A stretch of DNA of 64,000 nt from a virus. Below are positions 36,501 through 44,024 of this stretch, piece by piece. The position numbers and the translations under genes were made by a program. The notes beneath the pieces were generated by a model. It was not told where the DNA came from, searched no databases, and saw nothing but the letters and a program-made list of their open reading frames with translations. The DNA lies in the IMG/VR virus record IMGVR_UViG_3300036760_000150, positions 64,001-128,000 of that record; one strand, 5' to 3'. The first letter of the stretch is position 1. Each line of letters begins with the position of its first letter.

Positions 36501-39352
36501 CGAAGCTGCTGGAGCACATCGCTGCAAACTACCCAGAGGAGATGGTCAAGGTTGCAGGACATCCAAAGGCTTACTCAAGCAAGGTGCTTCGTACCATACT
36601 TACATCAGGCAACAAAGAGGCTATAAAACAGGTAGCCAACAACGACAAGGTACCTGACGAGGTCAGAGAGCAGCTAAAACGTGACCCTGAGATCATGTTG
36701 AATTTAGATGGTAAGTATGTAACTCCCGACGATCTTACCAGAGCTGTCCCTGAGGCTGACGCGCATAGGCTAGAACAGATCGTAGACCATCGATCAGCAA
36801 ACGATGAAGTGTATAATAAAGTCCTTGATGCGGTTGATAGTGGTAGGTTCTCAGACGAAGAGAAACAGATCACACTGAACAATGTGGCGGATAAGCGAAA
36901 CTTGAGTAAGACAACCATAGATAGGATCATAAGTCATACTAACGCCACTTCACGCAGCATATCTCATGTGTTGTCTAAAAACAATGTGGATAACGAGCAG
37001 TTCAACAAGATCGTGGATAGGTTCGACTCTGATCAACCAGTTATGGCTTACCTTGCCGATAACTTGTCATCATGGCGCGACGGAGATGTTGGCCAAGCAG
37101 CAGATAGACTTATTGACCACATCGATGTTGGAGCAGAACCAAATCTGGTCTCTCAACTTATAAGTAACCAGCATGGTAAACTGCACCCTCAGTTCTTCGA
37201 TAAAACTCTTAGCAAACTTGAGGCCGCACGAGGACCTCAGTACCAGTACACAGACAAGCCTAAGAGTATGTTAGAGTCTGACGGTGAGCTACTGAGTCAT
37301 ATCGCAGAGTTCGCACCTACGTCGTTGCATGGTAAGTTGGTGCAGTACCCAGAGTTACAGCCGATGTTGTTGAGGTCTGGCAATATTAACAAGACCTCGT
37401 ATGACAAGATGGTAGAAGATCTTCCAAGATTGCATGAGATAGCTGCTAAGTCTGACAGCGATTACTTGAAGAAACGTTTTGTCGAAGAACATATTAAACG
37501 TCTGGTAGATAGCCCACACTCTGATGAGTCTGCCATCAACTTGATCTACAAGACTATGGTTGACAAACAGACGCCTGAGGAAAACGGTGTGATGGTATCA
37601 GCCATACTATCATCTCCTAAAGCACCATCTAAGCTGATAGATGACATGTTTAAGGCTGGCAACATCAGGGCTCTGCGTAGTCCTAAGTTATCTAGGCATA
37701 TAGTTGATGAACAACTCTCTAACCTGACAATGACCAACTCTGAAGATCTGGCTCAGAACCCCAACGTGTCTATGGGTGATCTTAACAAAGCCGTAAAAGA
37801 TAAACGAAATTCTCCAGTTGCTTACAGAGATGCATACGGCACGATGTTGTCTCGACCCTCCTTGAGGTCAGAAGACCTTGAGCAATTATATGATATGTTC
37901 TCAAAGAACAAAGGTGCACTTCCCACCGAAGATCAAAATTACCTCACCAAGAGGATCATCCAACGTCCTGAGGTGACTGAGTCTATATTCAACGATGCCT
38001 ATGGTAAAGGCCTCATAACTAATGATCAAGCGTACTCCAACCCTAAATGGGGTGGTCGTCTGTTCAGGGCTATGGATCACAGAGTTCCAAGTGGTGTTCC
38101 CAACTTGACGACTAAAACTCCTGTGACTAACCAGCAGGTGTTGAAGCCAAGAATGGAGAAGCTGCAGTCAGTCGCCTCCATGGTACCACCTGAAGGGTAC
38201 ATAGACTGGGCCACCTTCAAGAAAGATAACCCCTCTATGGCTGGTGACCCTCTTGTGCAACGCATGTTCACGTCTGCCCCTAAGCAGCGACTTACGCAGG
38301 AGCATGCGCAGAAGTACCTGTCTGAGGTTCCTGGCAAAGAGTTTCACATGTCTTACACAAAATGGACAGGCATGCAGCGTCATAGGTCTGTGCCACAGTT
38401 GGTTGTCCAGGTGAACAACGGCTCTTTCATGGACGACGTGCTTGCCAAAGACCCTGAAGCTTACAGGCTGTACTCCTTCATGCAGCAGGCGTCTAAGAAC
38501 TCCGGTCATCCTACCACTCCTCAGTCTATAGGTTGGTCTCGCGTCGACACTGGTGATAAGGATCACTGGTTCATCGATGAGGTACAATCAGATTTTGGTG
38601 CTGGCGTTGCTAGGGAGCTGAGCAAGATACAGGAGAACCCAGAGCACGCAACTGCGTTTGCTAGCAAAGTTGGTATACCTGTCGAGAAGGCTCAGAAGGT
38701 TTTGCATAGGTTGGTCGACGTCATGCAAGGGTGGGATCGTGCGTTGGTGGAGCACGTGATCGATCTCGCTAAGCGTAACGGTGTCAAGCAGGTTTCTATG
38801 CACTCTGGTAAGTCTAAGACTGTCACCAACAAAGGTGGAGAGTCCGAGATCACGAACAAGTACGACAAGCTGTACAACAAGATGCCTCAGGAGATGGGAT
38901 TCCACGGTGACTTCTACAAGAACTTACCTGTGGCTACCGATAAATCATTGATGGAACAACCTGTATGGACGTTGAACATCCCTCAGGAGATTAAGAAATC
39001 TGAGTACGACGAGAGGTCTGTGTTGGTCAAAGCTGGCCAAGTCATATCGAAGCTCAAGAATGAGGAAGTTCAGAACTACTCACCGGAGGCGTTCCAAGCT
39101 GCTCTTGAGGCTGTCCAGGCTCTGGTGCAGGTCTTGAAAGAAAGTGGCTACACATCTCCAGGGCATGCCGACGTAAACAACCATCCGTCGGTTCCAGGAG
39201 AGACTTCGCCTAGACCTAAGGAAGATAAGCCGCTGACACATCAGCATAAGATGTACTCACCAGGTGCCGTTCGCATGTACGACAGCCACGAAGAGCGTCA
39301 GAAAACTCCAGAAGGCAAGTGGGTCAACGTCAGCAGGCAGGGTGATACATGA
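33548..39352 (+). CDS. Very large HEAT/LRV-repeat protein with C-terminal polyvalent-type domain
   Basis: Dozens of degenerate A..HPN.P helical repeats; C-terminal GWSR...WFIDEVQSDF domain; IKK|SE site; start probably GTG 33548 (SD GGAG). Confidence 0.72.
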   Translation: MPKIQKMPAAEAEQHVNNLSLPASKLAEIAGQHTDNPEIMQAIAKHPNAGPQALDIAYRSDMADSALEHPNVSQKTVEHAFNRFVEPNEPKDLEYEHKDIALHPKLPQEKKDTLVMKIMNSKDKGTWSDMIANNYFDKGHASEAMVQHALQHPDVDYTAHALQSPTVSDEHVKTAAARKDFDYEQAKKAIENKALSPESIAFLYNKFRGKEGENTYWRDKIEGNLTENPNTPPEIISKLASKRSPHRRDAMQHPAFPEKELHNMVKEGDEDAIDAALPRSDTPEEVLRHIHAHLPDDANYKWGKGRSLVRHPNYPEDLQLKSAKGSTDEARALLKREQLSKPVLDQLVSHKNTNLAVDALKHKAITPETVLLAYNRKAKDVAGAAGLHRLLPKELKINRAVENEDTAVKLADISNDKDVLRSIAERWGNKDSVRGRLLRNHNLDGDTLHNLVSHQIQATGSRATYFPNNLDEHPNMKPETRMMMIKHPSASYKAFSHINLTPDEAREGLRHWATEDRDLAGDYATGLLTHPNTDPELAKEIVSGTYGKLNNRQLRSDELEEFVKSHPLVYTKGVVKAALETPHELTDKNAVGQIAKGADSLSAKDIAEYVDGVKKMKFGGDRDKEDFYHSVAVDMVRNPNADPHFLVGLVDRSLNNSQQTQHDIKLANAAIHNPSYPKKHLEEIIRHPKFPEDNGNLRGDLTGFIKDKIYEPEMKELRDKALVESNHPQFVTDLLTTRFKDQEDPKLVEKALSNPHPEVVKDVLGYLSNKSTQMSGANDSRSRQIRDYVDQLADHADPSVRAAAFEMMSPEAQAKMTQGQDLMSNPELIQGLSRENAEKLKIESHHSLDAIQQLLKHKYAHWQHFEQAVNHSQEGAELAHKILSAKIEGEDRPSKKDVEGLGYIQEKLLDKYSDSSASRFIARTTPNTLVLDKIVNDPRLFNKFGGNITENDHALSRHLDSFTKLKGESHASLMSDLAAHPKASTKLLEHIAANYPEEMVKVAGHPKAYSSKVLRTILTSGNKEAIKQVANNDKVPDEVREQLKRDPEIMLNLDGKYVTPDDLTRAVPEADAHRLEQIVDHRSANDEVYNKVLDAVDSGRFSDEEKQITLNNVADKRNLSKTTIDRIISHTNATSRSISHVLSKNNVDNEQFNKIVDRFDSDQPVMAYLADNLSSWRDGDVGQAADRLIDHIDVGAEPNLVSQLISNQHGKLHPQFFDKTLSKLEAARGPQYQYTDKPKSMLESDGELLSHIAEFAPTSLHGKLVQYPELQPMLLRSGNINKTSYDKMVEDLPRLHEIAAKSDSDYLKKRFVEEHIKRLVDSPHSDESAINLIYKTMVDKQTPEENGVMVSAILSSPKAPSKLIDDMFKAGNIRALRSPKLSRHIVDEQLSNLTMTNSEDLAQNPNVSMGDLNKAVKDKRNSPVAYRDAYGTMLSRPSLRSEDLEQLYDMFSKNKGALPTEDQNYLTKRIIQRPEVTESIFNDAYGKGLITNDQAYSNPKWGGRLFRAMDHRVPSGVPNLTTKTPVTNQQVLKPRMEKLQSVASMVPPEGYIDWATFKKDNPSMAGDPLVQRMFTSAPKQRLTQEHAQKYLSEVPGKEFHMSYTKWTGMQRHRSVPQLVVQVNNGSFMDDVLAKDPEAYRLYSFMQQASKNSGHPTTPQSIGWSRVDTGDKDHWFIDEVQSDFGAGVARELSKIQENPEHATAFASKVGIPVEKAQKVLHRLVDVMQGWDRALVEHVIDLAKRNGVKQVSMHSGKSKTVTNKGGESEITNKYDKLYNKMPQEMGFHGDFYKNLPVATDKSLMEQPVWTLNIPQEIKKSEYDERSVLVKAGQVISKLKNEEVQNYSPEAFQAALEAVQALVQVLKESGYTSPGHADVNNHPSVPGETSPRPKEDKPLTHQHKMYSPGAVRMYDSHEERQKTPEGKWVNVSRQGDT

Positions 39353-40824
39353 GTATCAGGGTTTATATAGCTGAGGAGTCTTTGAAAGAGCTGGGCAAAG
39401 ACCTTGAGAATCTTAGTGCTGCTACGCAAGAAAAAGTAAAGGCATCTCTGCAGATCTTGGCTGCGCAAGTTCATGGATATGTGATACAAGAAGTTAACGC
39501 TACTATGAAAAGTACGAGAAGCGTGTACATCAAGAGCATAGTTGGACCAACTGAAGTTGGTGAGAATATGTGGATGGTAGGGCTCAAGAAAGATGCCGAG
39601 TGGATCGAACAGGGGTATCCTGCATATGATATGATCCCCAAACTCACAAGTGGTCCAAAATCTAAAGTCTCTAAAGATGGATGTGTTTTAAATCCTCGTA
39701 ATAAAATTTTAACCATTCGTGGATGGGTAAAAATAAAAGATATTAAAGTGGGAGATTTTGTTTTAACACATTCTGGTAAATTTCGCGAAGTTAAAGAAGT
39801 TAAAATTCAAAAAGCTGGTATAAATACTGAATATATAACAATATATCCTAAAACAATCGATAGCTCCCGTCCTGTAACTAAAAAATATAATGATTTAACT
39901 TGTCCATCTTTATCCTTAACTTTAGATCATTTAGTATTAACGCCATTGGGGTGGATTCCAGCTGAGAAACTTAAAAAAGGTGATTTAATTGCTACTCCAG
40001 GTGATTTAAAGAAATTATGTAAAAAATGTGGTTCTCCAGTACCAATTAATGTATTAGATTACTCGTTCTGTCTAAATAATAGATGCAATAGATCGTACTT
40101 AGCACAAGAACGTGATAAATATAAAGAAAAGGCATGCGTTCGTGATGGCATAAAATTACTTAGGATATCTAGTCATAAAATTTATAAAATTGGCTCAAAT
40201 ATATCAAGACATCTTTCTTTATGGATAAAAAACCACTCTGGCGAATTAGGTGTTGCTTGGGTAAAAATTTCAAAAATTAAAAAAGGAAAAGTAAATAGAC
40301 CTGCTCATGTATTTGCTAAAAAATATGATTTATGTTTGGATGCAGAAGAGCATTCTTTTTGTTGTGAAACTGTATATATACATAATTCTAGATACACAGT
40401 GATTCCATTCAAACATAACAAGCGACCTTCTGATATGTCTCGTGCCGAGATGAACCTGGCGAACTACGCCAAAGCTGAGCTGAAAGCTCGTGGTCTAGAC
40501 AAGGTGATAAAAGATAGTCAAGGGCGGGCTCTCTCTGGTAAAGTTGCAACAGTTAACCTCACCGGACCTGGTGCACCGATGTCTAGACACAACACACCAT
40601 TGCTTGCCGGTTTGACTGTGTACCAAACTATCATGAAGAACCAACAGACAGGCAAAGAGACTGTTCGTAGAGATGTGATGACGTTCAGAACCGTCAGCGA
40701 GAAACAGAAAGGTACTGGCAAGTGGTACAACAAAGGTATGGCTGGTTTTAGGATCTTTGACAAAGTTCAAGGGCAGGTAGATGCCGCGTGGGGCAAGATG
40801 GTCGCGGAGCTTCTAAATGAGTAG
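39349..40824 (+). CDS. Neck / tail-completion protein interrupted by an intein
   Basis: Exteins join as ...WIEQG...KVSKDG|SRYTVIPF...TFRTVS...W, a phage neck/tail-completion pattern. Confidence 0.7.
   Translation: MSIRVYIAEESLKELGKDLENLSAATQEKVKASLQILAAQVHGYVIQEVNATMKSTRSVYIKSIVGPTEVGENMWMVGLKKDAEWIEQGYPAYDMIPKLTSGPKSKVSKDGCVLNPRNKILTIRGWVKIKDIKVGDFVLTHSGKFREVKEVKIQKAGINTEYITIYPKTIDSSRPVTKKYNDLTCPSLSLTLDHLVLTPLGWIPAEKLKKGDLIATPGDLKKLCKKCGSPVPINVLDYSFCLNNRCNRSYLAQERDKYKEKACVRDGIKLLRISSHKIYKIGSNISRHLSLWIKNHSGELGVAWVKISKIKKGKVNRPAHVFAKKYDLCLDAEEHSFCCETVYIHNSRYTVIPFKHNKRPSDMSRAEMNLANYAKAELKARGLDKVIKDSQGRALSGKVATVNLTGPGAPMSRHNTPLLAGLTVYQTIMKNQQTGKETVRRDVMTFRTVSEKQKGTGKWYNKGMAGFRIFDKVQGQVDAAWGKMVAELLNE
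39682..40386 (+). mobile_element. Intein (235 aa) with degenerate endonuclease
   Basis: Block A CVLNPRNKILT..G...IKDIKVGDFVLTH, block B TLDH, block F KYDLCL, terminal IHN then Ser+1; strongly AT-rich. Confidence 0.92.
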
Positions 40825-40974
40825 GTTTACCAGATCTCTTATGACCACCACTCCACCTATGATCACGCTGGCGTACAATATCGTGAACATGATAGCTATG
40901 CTAGCCACAACAGTCATACCTACAACTGCAGCGATCAGCATCTCCCTTGCCAAATGTCTGAGCACACCTCTCAT
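40813..40974 (-). CDS. 53-aa antisense hydrophobic membrane protein
   Basis: MRGVLRHLAREMLIAAVVGMTVVASIAIMFTILYASVIIGGVVVIRDLVNLLI*; own promoter. Confidence 0.62.
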   Translation of the reverse strand: MRGVLRHLAREMLIAAVVGMTVVASIAIMFTILYASVIIGGVVVIRDLVNLLI

Positions 40975-40981
40975 AACTTAC

Positions 40982-41010
40982 ATGGTAGATCAACCCGTCA
41001 AGGTTGTCAA
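40982..41010 (-). promoter_or_regulatory. Sigma70-type promoter, leaderless
   Basis: TTGACA (41010-41005), 17 nt, TACCAT (40987-40982); ATG follows after 7 nt. Confidence 0.68.
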
Positions 41011-41029
41011 CCTCAGCGGGTACTGACGT

Positions 41030-42022
41030 ATGGCTGGTTTCTTCAACGCAGACCTGATCATCTTCACATCTCTCAAAGAGGGTATAAGACGCATCAAGGA
41101 TAGTCTGTACCTTGTGGACAGCATCAACGGTCTACTTGTGGAGGACCAACTCCTTGCTGACTTGTATGGTAAGCAAGAGGTGGACCGTTTCCGTAAGTTC
41201 GTCGACAAGACGTACATAAACGTCGTGCTAGACCACAGACCTCCTGAGCAGGCTAAGTACCCGTGCATCTCTGTTGGCATAGGCCAAGGAGCCGAGGAAC
41301 CTCAGCAGAAGCTTGCTTTGGGCGACGGACACGACACCATAACAGTGGACCCCAACAGCCTGCAAGGCCTGAAGGTTACTCCTAAGACCTTGGTAGGTCC
41401 TGTTACCCCAGAGAGCTACGACAAGATGACTGGCACCTTGGTTCTACCTGACAGTGTGTCCTTGAAAGACGTGTACCAGGGGATGGTGGTGCTAGATGAG
41501 GTCAACAACACCTCCTACGACATAGAGATGGTCATAGACAACCAGACCCTCATGATAACCCCAGACTCAACCCCCAACCTGAACGGCATGACGATACGTC
41601 CTAGATCGAAGCTTGTAGGTAACACGAGAAAATCAGTGTACTGTCGCGAGAACTACGATCTCACTGTAGTGGCCACAGACCCCACCGAGCTTCTCTATGT
41701 GTTCAACCTTACCATGCTGATACTGCTCAGGTTCAAGAAGGAACTGTTCGAGCTTAGAGGGTTCGACGTCCAGACGTTCAACTACGGGCCTATCATGAAT
41801 GGTGACGACGGCAGCCCAAACAAGATCTGGTTTAGGACGATCAGCCTGTCGGGTCGTGTTGAGTACCAGTGGAGCAATGAAATCTCTGAACAAATCGAAG
41901 GACTTAAGGTTGATCTTCGTGTGACAAACACAGATGGTGATGATTTGAAGTCACCAGACGGTGTGCTAGCTCAAGTTCAAGCGCAAGGTTGGTCCGAACC
42001 AGGCGACCCAGATGCTGAGTAA
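41030..42022 (+). CDS. Tail terminator / tail completion protein
   Basis: YPCISV motif, FELRGF, FRTISLSG; between neck and sheath genes. Confidence 0.62.
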   Translation: MAGFFNADLIIFTSLKEGIRRIKDSLYLVDSINGLLVEDQLLADLYGKQEVDRFRKFVDKTYINVVLDHRPPEQAKYPCISVGIGQGAEEPQQKLALGDGHDTITVDPNSLQGLKVTPKTLVGPVTPESYDKMTGTLVLPDSVSLKDVYQGMVVLDEVNNTSYDIEMVIDNQTLMITPDSTPNLNGMTIRPRSKLVGNTRKSVYCRENYDLTVVATDPTELLYVFNLTMLILLRFKKELFELRGFDVQTFNYGPIMNGDDGSPNKIWFRTISLSGRVEYQWSNEISEQIEGLKVDLRVTNTDGDDLKSPDGVLAQVQAQGWSEPGDPDAE

Positions 42023-42042
42023 GTACTTGGAAATCTTAATCT

Positions 42043-42074
42043 ATCCGATAGTTTATGCTTCAGTCTTAATTTTA
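42043..42074 (+). promoter_or_regulatory. Putative late promoter
   Basis: atccgatagtTTA-tgcttcagt-CTTAATTTTA. Confidence 0.68.
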
Positions 42075-42084
42075 AGTGGTAGCT

Positions 42085-42555
42085 ATGAATATAAGTAAGT
42101 CTCTTCTTGAGAAGATCATACAGTTACGAGACCTTAGGCAGGCTATCAGTGCCGTCAGGAAGAACTCAGCAATAAAGAAAGCTGATGATCCTCCGTCAAC
42201 CAAGTGGCCTAAACCAGATCTGTCAGACAAAGCTAAGGCCAGACAGCCTGGCCATCCTGCTCGCTCTGTTTCTATAGAAGCTCCTGAGGTGGGTGATAAA
42301 AAAGCATACGGTCTGAAACATCTCGGTGTAAAACGTACATACGGCGGCGTCGTTCACATGGTCGGCGTCCCCGGTAGCAACAGGCACTACGAGATTCATG
42401 TGAACAGGTCCTCACCCAAGATCGAGCACACTATACGTCTTGTGACATCAGATGGGTCCACGTTGAACAGGTCGCCAAACGTCCACGGCGATATCAAATC
42501 GGCTGTTGAGGACGTCGCTCATCATTTCAACAAAAGAGAGTGGTTGAGGCGATGA
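42085..42555 (+). CDS. Putative internal head protein
   Basis: Basic; ISK|S and IKK|AD sites; behind a late promoter. Confidence 0.55.
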   Translation: MNISKSLLEKIIQLRDLRQAISAVRKNSAIKKADDPPSTKWPKPDLSDKAKARQPGHPARSVSIEAPEVGDKKAYGLKHLGVKRTYGGVVHMVGVPGSNRHYEIHVNRSSPKIEHTIRLVTSDGSTLNRSPNVHGDIKSAVEDVAHHFNKREWLRR

Positions 42556-43076
42556 ACGACATCTACAAGAAGCTGCAAGATTTCTTGACGTTGGCTAAAT
42601 CTAACCCAGACCCATCTGGTGCACACAAAGAACTTGCCATAAAGGTCCATCAAGCCCTTAGTAAGAGGGCGGCTAGTGTGTCATCAGCCACCGTGTCTTC
42701 TCCTGGGATAGTGAACACACCTGGTACAGTTTCTCTACCATTTGAAGTTGCTGGTCCTACCATGCTGAACGTCCGTGGTGGTGCAGTCAAGAAAGGACAG
42801 CCGATGTCTAAAGATCTTTTCAAGTCCTTGCATGAGAAGTTATCCAGCGCATTGAACAAGAAGTGGGGACAGAAACAATCTCAACCTGCTGTACAAGACA
42901 TCGGGAACCAGATGTACCACATACATGATGTAAGTGGTGATAAACCTCTAAGGATAACGACCAAACCGATGAAACTCAACGATATACACAATCGATGGGG
43001 CAAGAACATAGAGAGTAAAGGGTTCAAGTTGATCCCACACAACCTAGATAAACCCCAAGGTCCTGCAGGTCAGTGA
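42552..43076 (+). CDS. Putative internal head protein
   Basis: ATGA overlap; LAK|S, VKK|G and LFK|S sites. Confidence 0.55.
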   Translation: MNDIYKKLQDFLTLAKSNPDPSGAHKELAIKVHQALSKRAASVSSATVSSPGIVNTPGTVSLPFEVAGPTMLNVRGGAVKKGQPMSKDLFKSLHEKLSSALNKKWGQKQSQPAVQDIGNQMYHIHDVSGDKPLRITTKPMKLNDIHNRWGKNIESKGFKLIPHNLDKPQGPAGQ

Positions 43077-43711
43077 GGAGTGATATGAAACGAGAAGATC
43101 TCATCAAGATGTGTCATGAAGTGGAAGAACTGGCCAAGCAAGAGTTGGCCAAGTTAGACCCTAAAACCAAACTTCCTGGAGTCATGATCGACAAGAAGGA
43201 GTCTAGCACAAAGAAGACCTTGTCTGCTTCTGAACATCTGAGTAAACCTGTGCCTAAAGGTGTGGACCCGGAGAAGTACGACAGCTGTGTTGATCAGGTG
43301 AAAGACAAAGGTGGAGCTAAGAACGCCTATGCTGTATGTGCAGCTAGCTTGAAGAAAGACCAGTACCATGATCTTCACAGTAAGATGAAAGAGTCATTTA
43401 GCAAGAGTGGCTACCTTAAGAAAGACGACAAGCCTCATCCAGCTGGTAGCCCAGAAGAGAGATCACACGCAGTCGCTGAAGGTAAAGAGAAACTTCCAGA
43501 TGCTATAAAAGATCTAAAGTCCCCCGGCGACCAGAAGAAGATGCTCGATCATCTTCGTACCCTTAAAGATCCTTCTCAGCACAGGAGTCCAGAGAACATC
43601 ATCAAGGAAGAGATGAAGAAGGATGGCCCTGCTCCTACCCCTAGTCCTGGTCCTACCCTTAACCCACAAGCAGTTCAGGGATTTCTGTCTGGGTTCAGAG
43701 GAGTCAAATGA
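43073..43711 (+). CDS. Putative internal head protein
   Basis: KYDSCVDQVK...NAYAVC motif; FSK|S plus LKKD/MKKD sites. Confidence 0.55.
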   Translation: MRSDMKREDLIKMCHEVEELAKQELAKLDPKTKLPGVMIDKKESSTKKTLSASEHLSKPVPKGVDPEKYDSCVDQVKDKGGAKNAYAVCAASLKKDQYHDLHSKMKESFSKSGYLKKDDKPHPAGSPEERSHAVAEGKEKLPDAIKDLKSPGDQKKMLDHLRTLKDPSQHRSPENIIKEEMKKDGPAPTPSPGPTLNPQAVQGFLSGFRGVK

Positions 43712-43962
43712 GCAAGAAGAGACGGCAGCAAGAGCAGCCTAAGGAGATTGAGTCTGAGTCGAGGCCTGGACACCAAGATGTCCAGAATGAACCACCTATG
43801 TTATGGGATAGCTGGGAAGCTTTCTGGAACTCATGTGTCAAGGGTGGTACACCGTCGCTCATGGTTGCATGCAAAGAGCATGTCAGATGTCTCGGTTGGT
43901 TAGGCGATCAATCTCGTTGGATAAAAGGTGCAATTCATTTCGGTATAACAATTGAGAAATAG
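43708..43962 (+). CDS. Hypothetical protein preceding the sheath gene
   Basis: 84 aa; ATGA overlap. Confidence 0.6.
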   Translation: MSKKRRQQEQPKEIESESRPGHQDVQNEPPMLWDSWEAFWNSCVKGGTPSLMVACKEHVRCLGWLGDQSRWIKGAIHFGITIEK

Positions 43963-43968
43963 TATAGA

Positions 43969-44000
43969 TATCAGCAACTTAGAACTAAATCTTAATCTTA
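43969..44000 (+). promoter_or_regulatory. Putative late promoter for the tail operon
   Basis: tatcagcaacTTA-gaactaaat-CTTAATCTTA. Confidence 0.78.
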
Positions 44001-44024
44001 TGCTAGCACAATAGGAGAAGTAAG

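Noticed and set aside
33548-39352. Tape measure protein call based on length
   Set aside because: Pro/His-rich solenoid repeats, no TM segments, and located upstream of the sheath and tube.
40817-41026. Plus-strand 69-aa ORF from the track
   Set aside because: Better explained as the shadow of the minus-strand TM gene, which has a near-consensus promoter.
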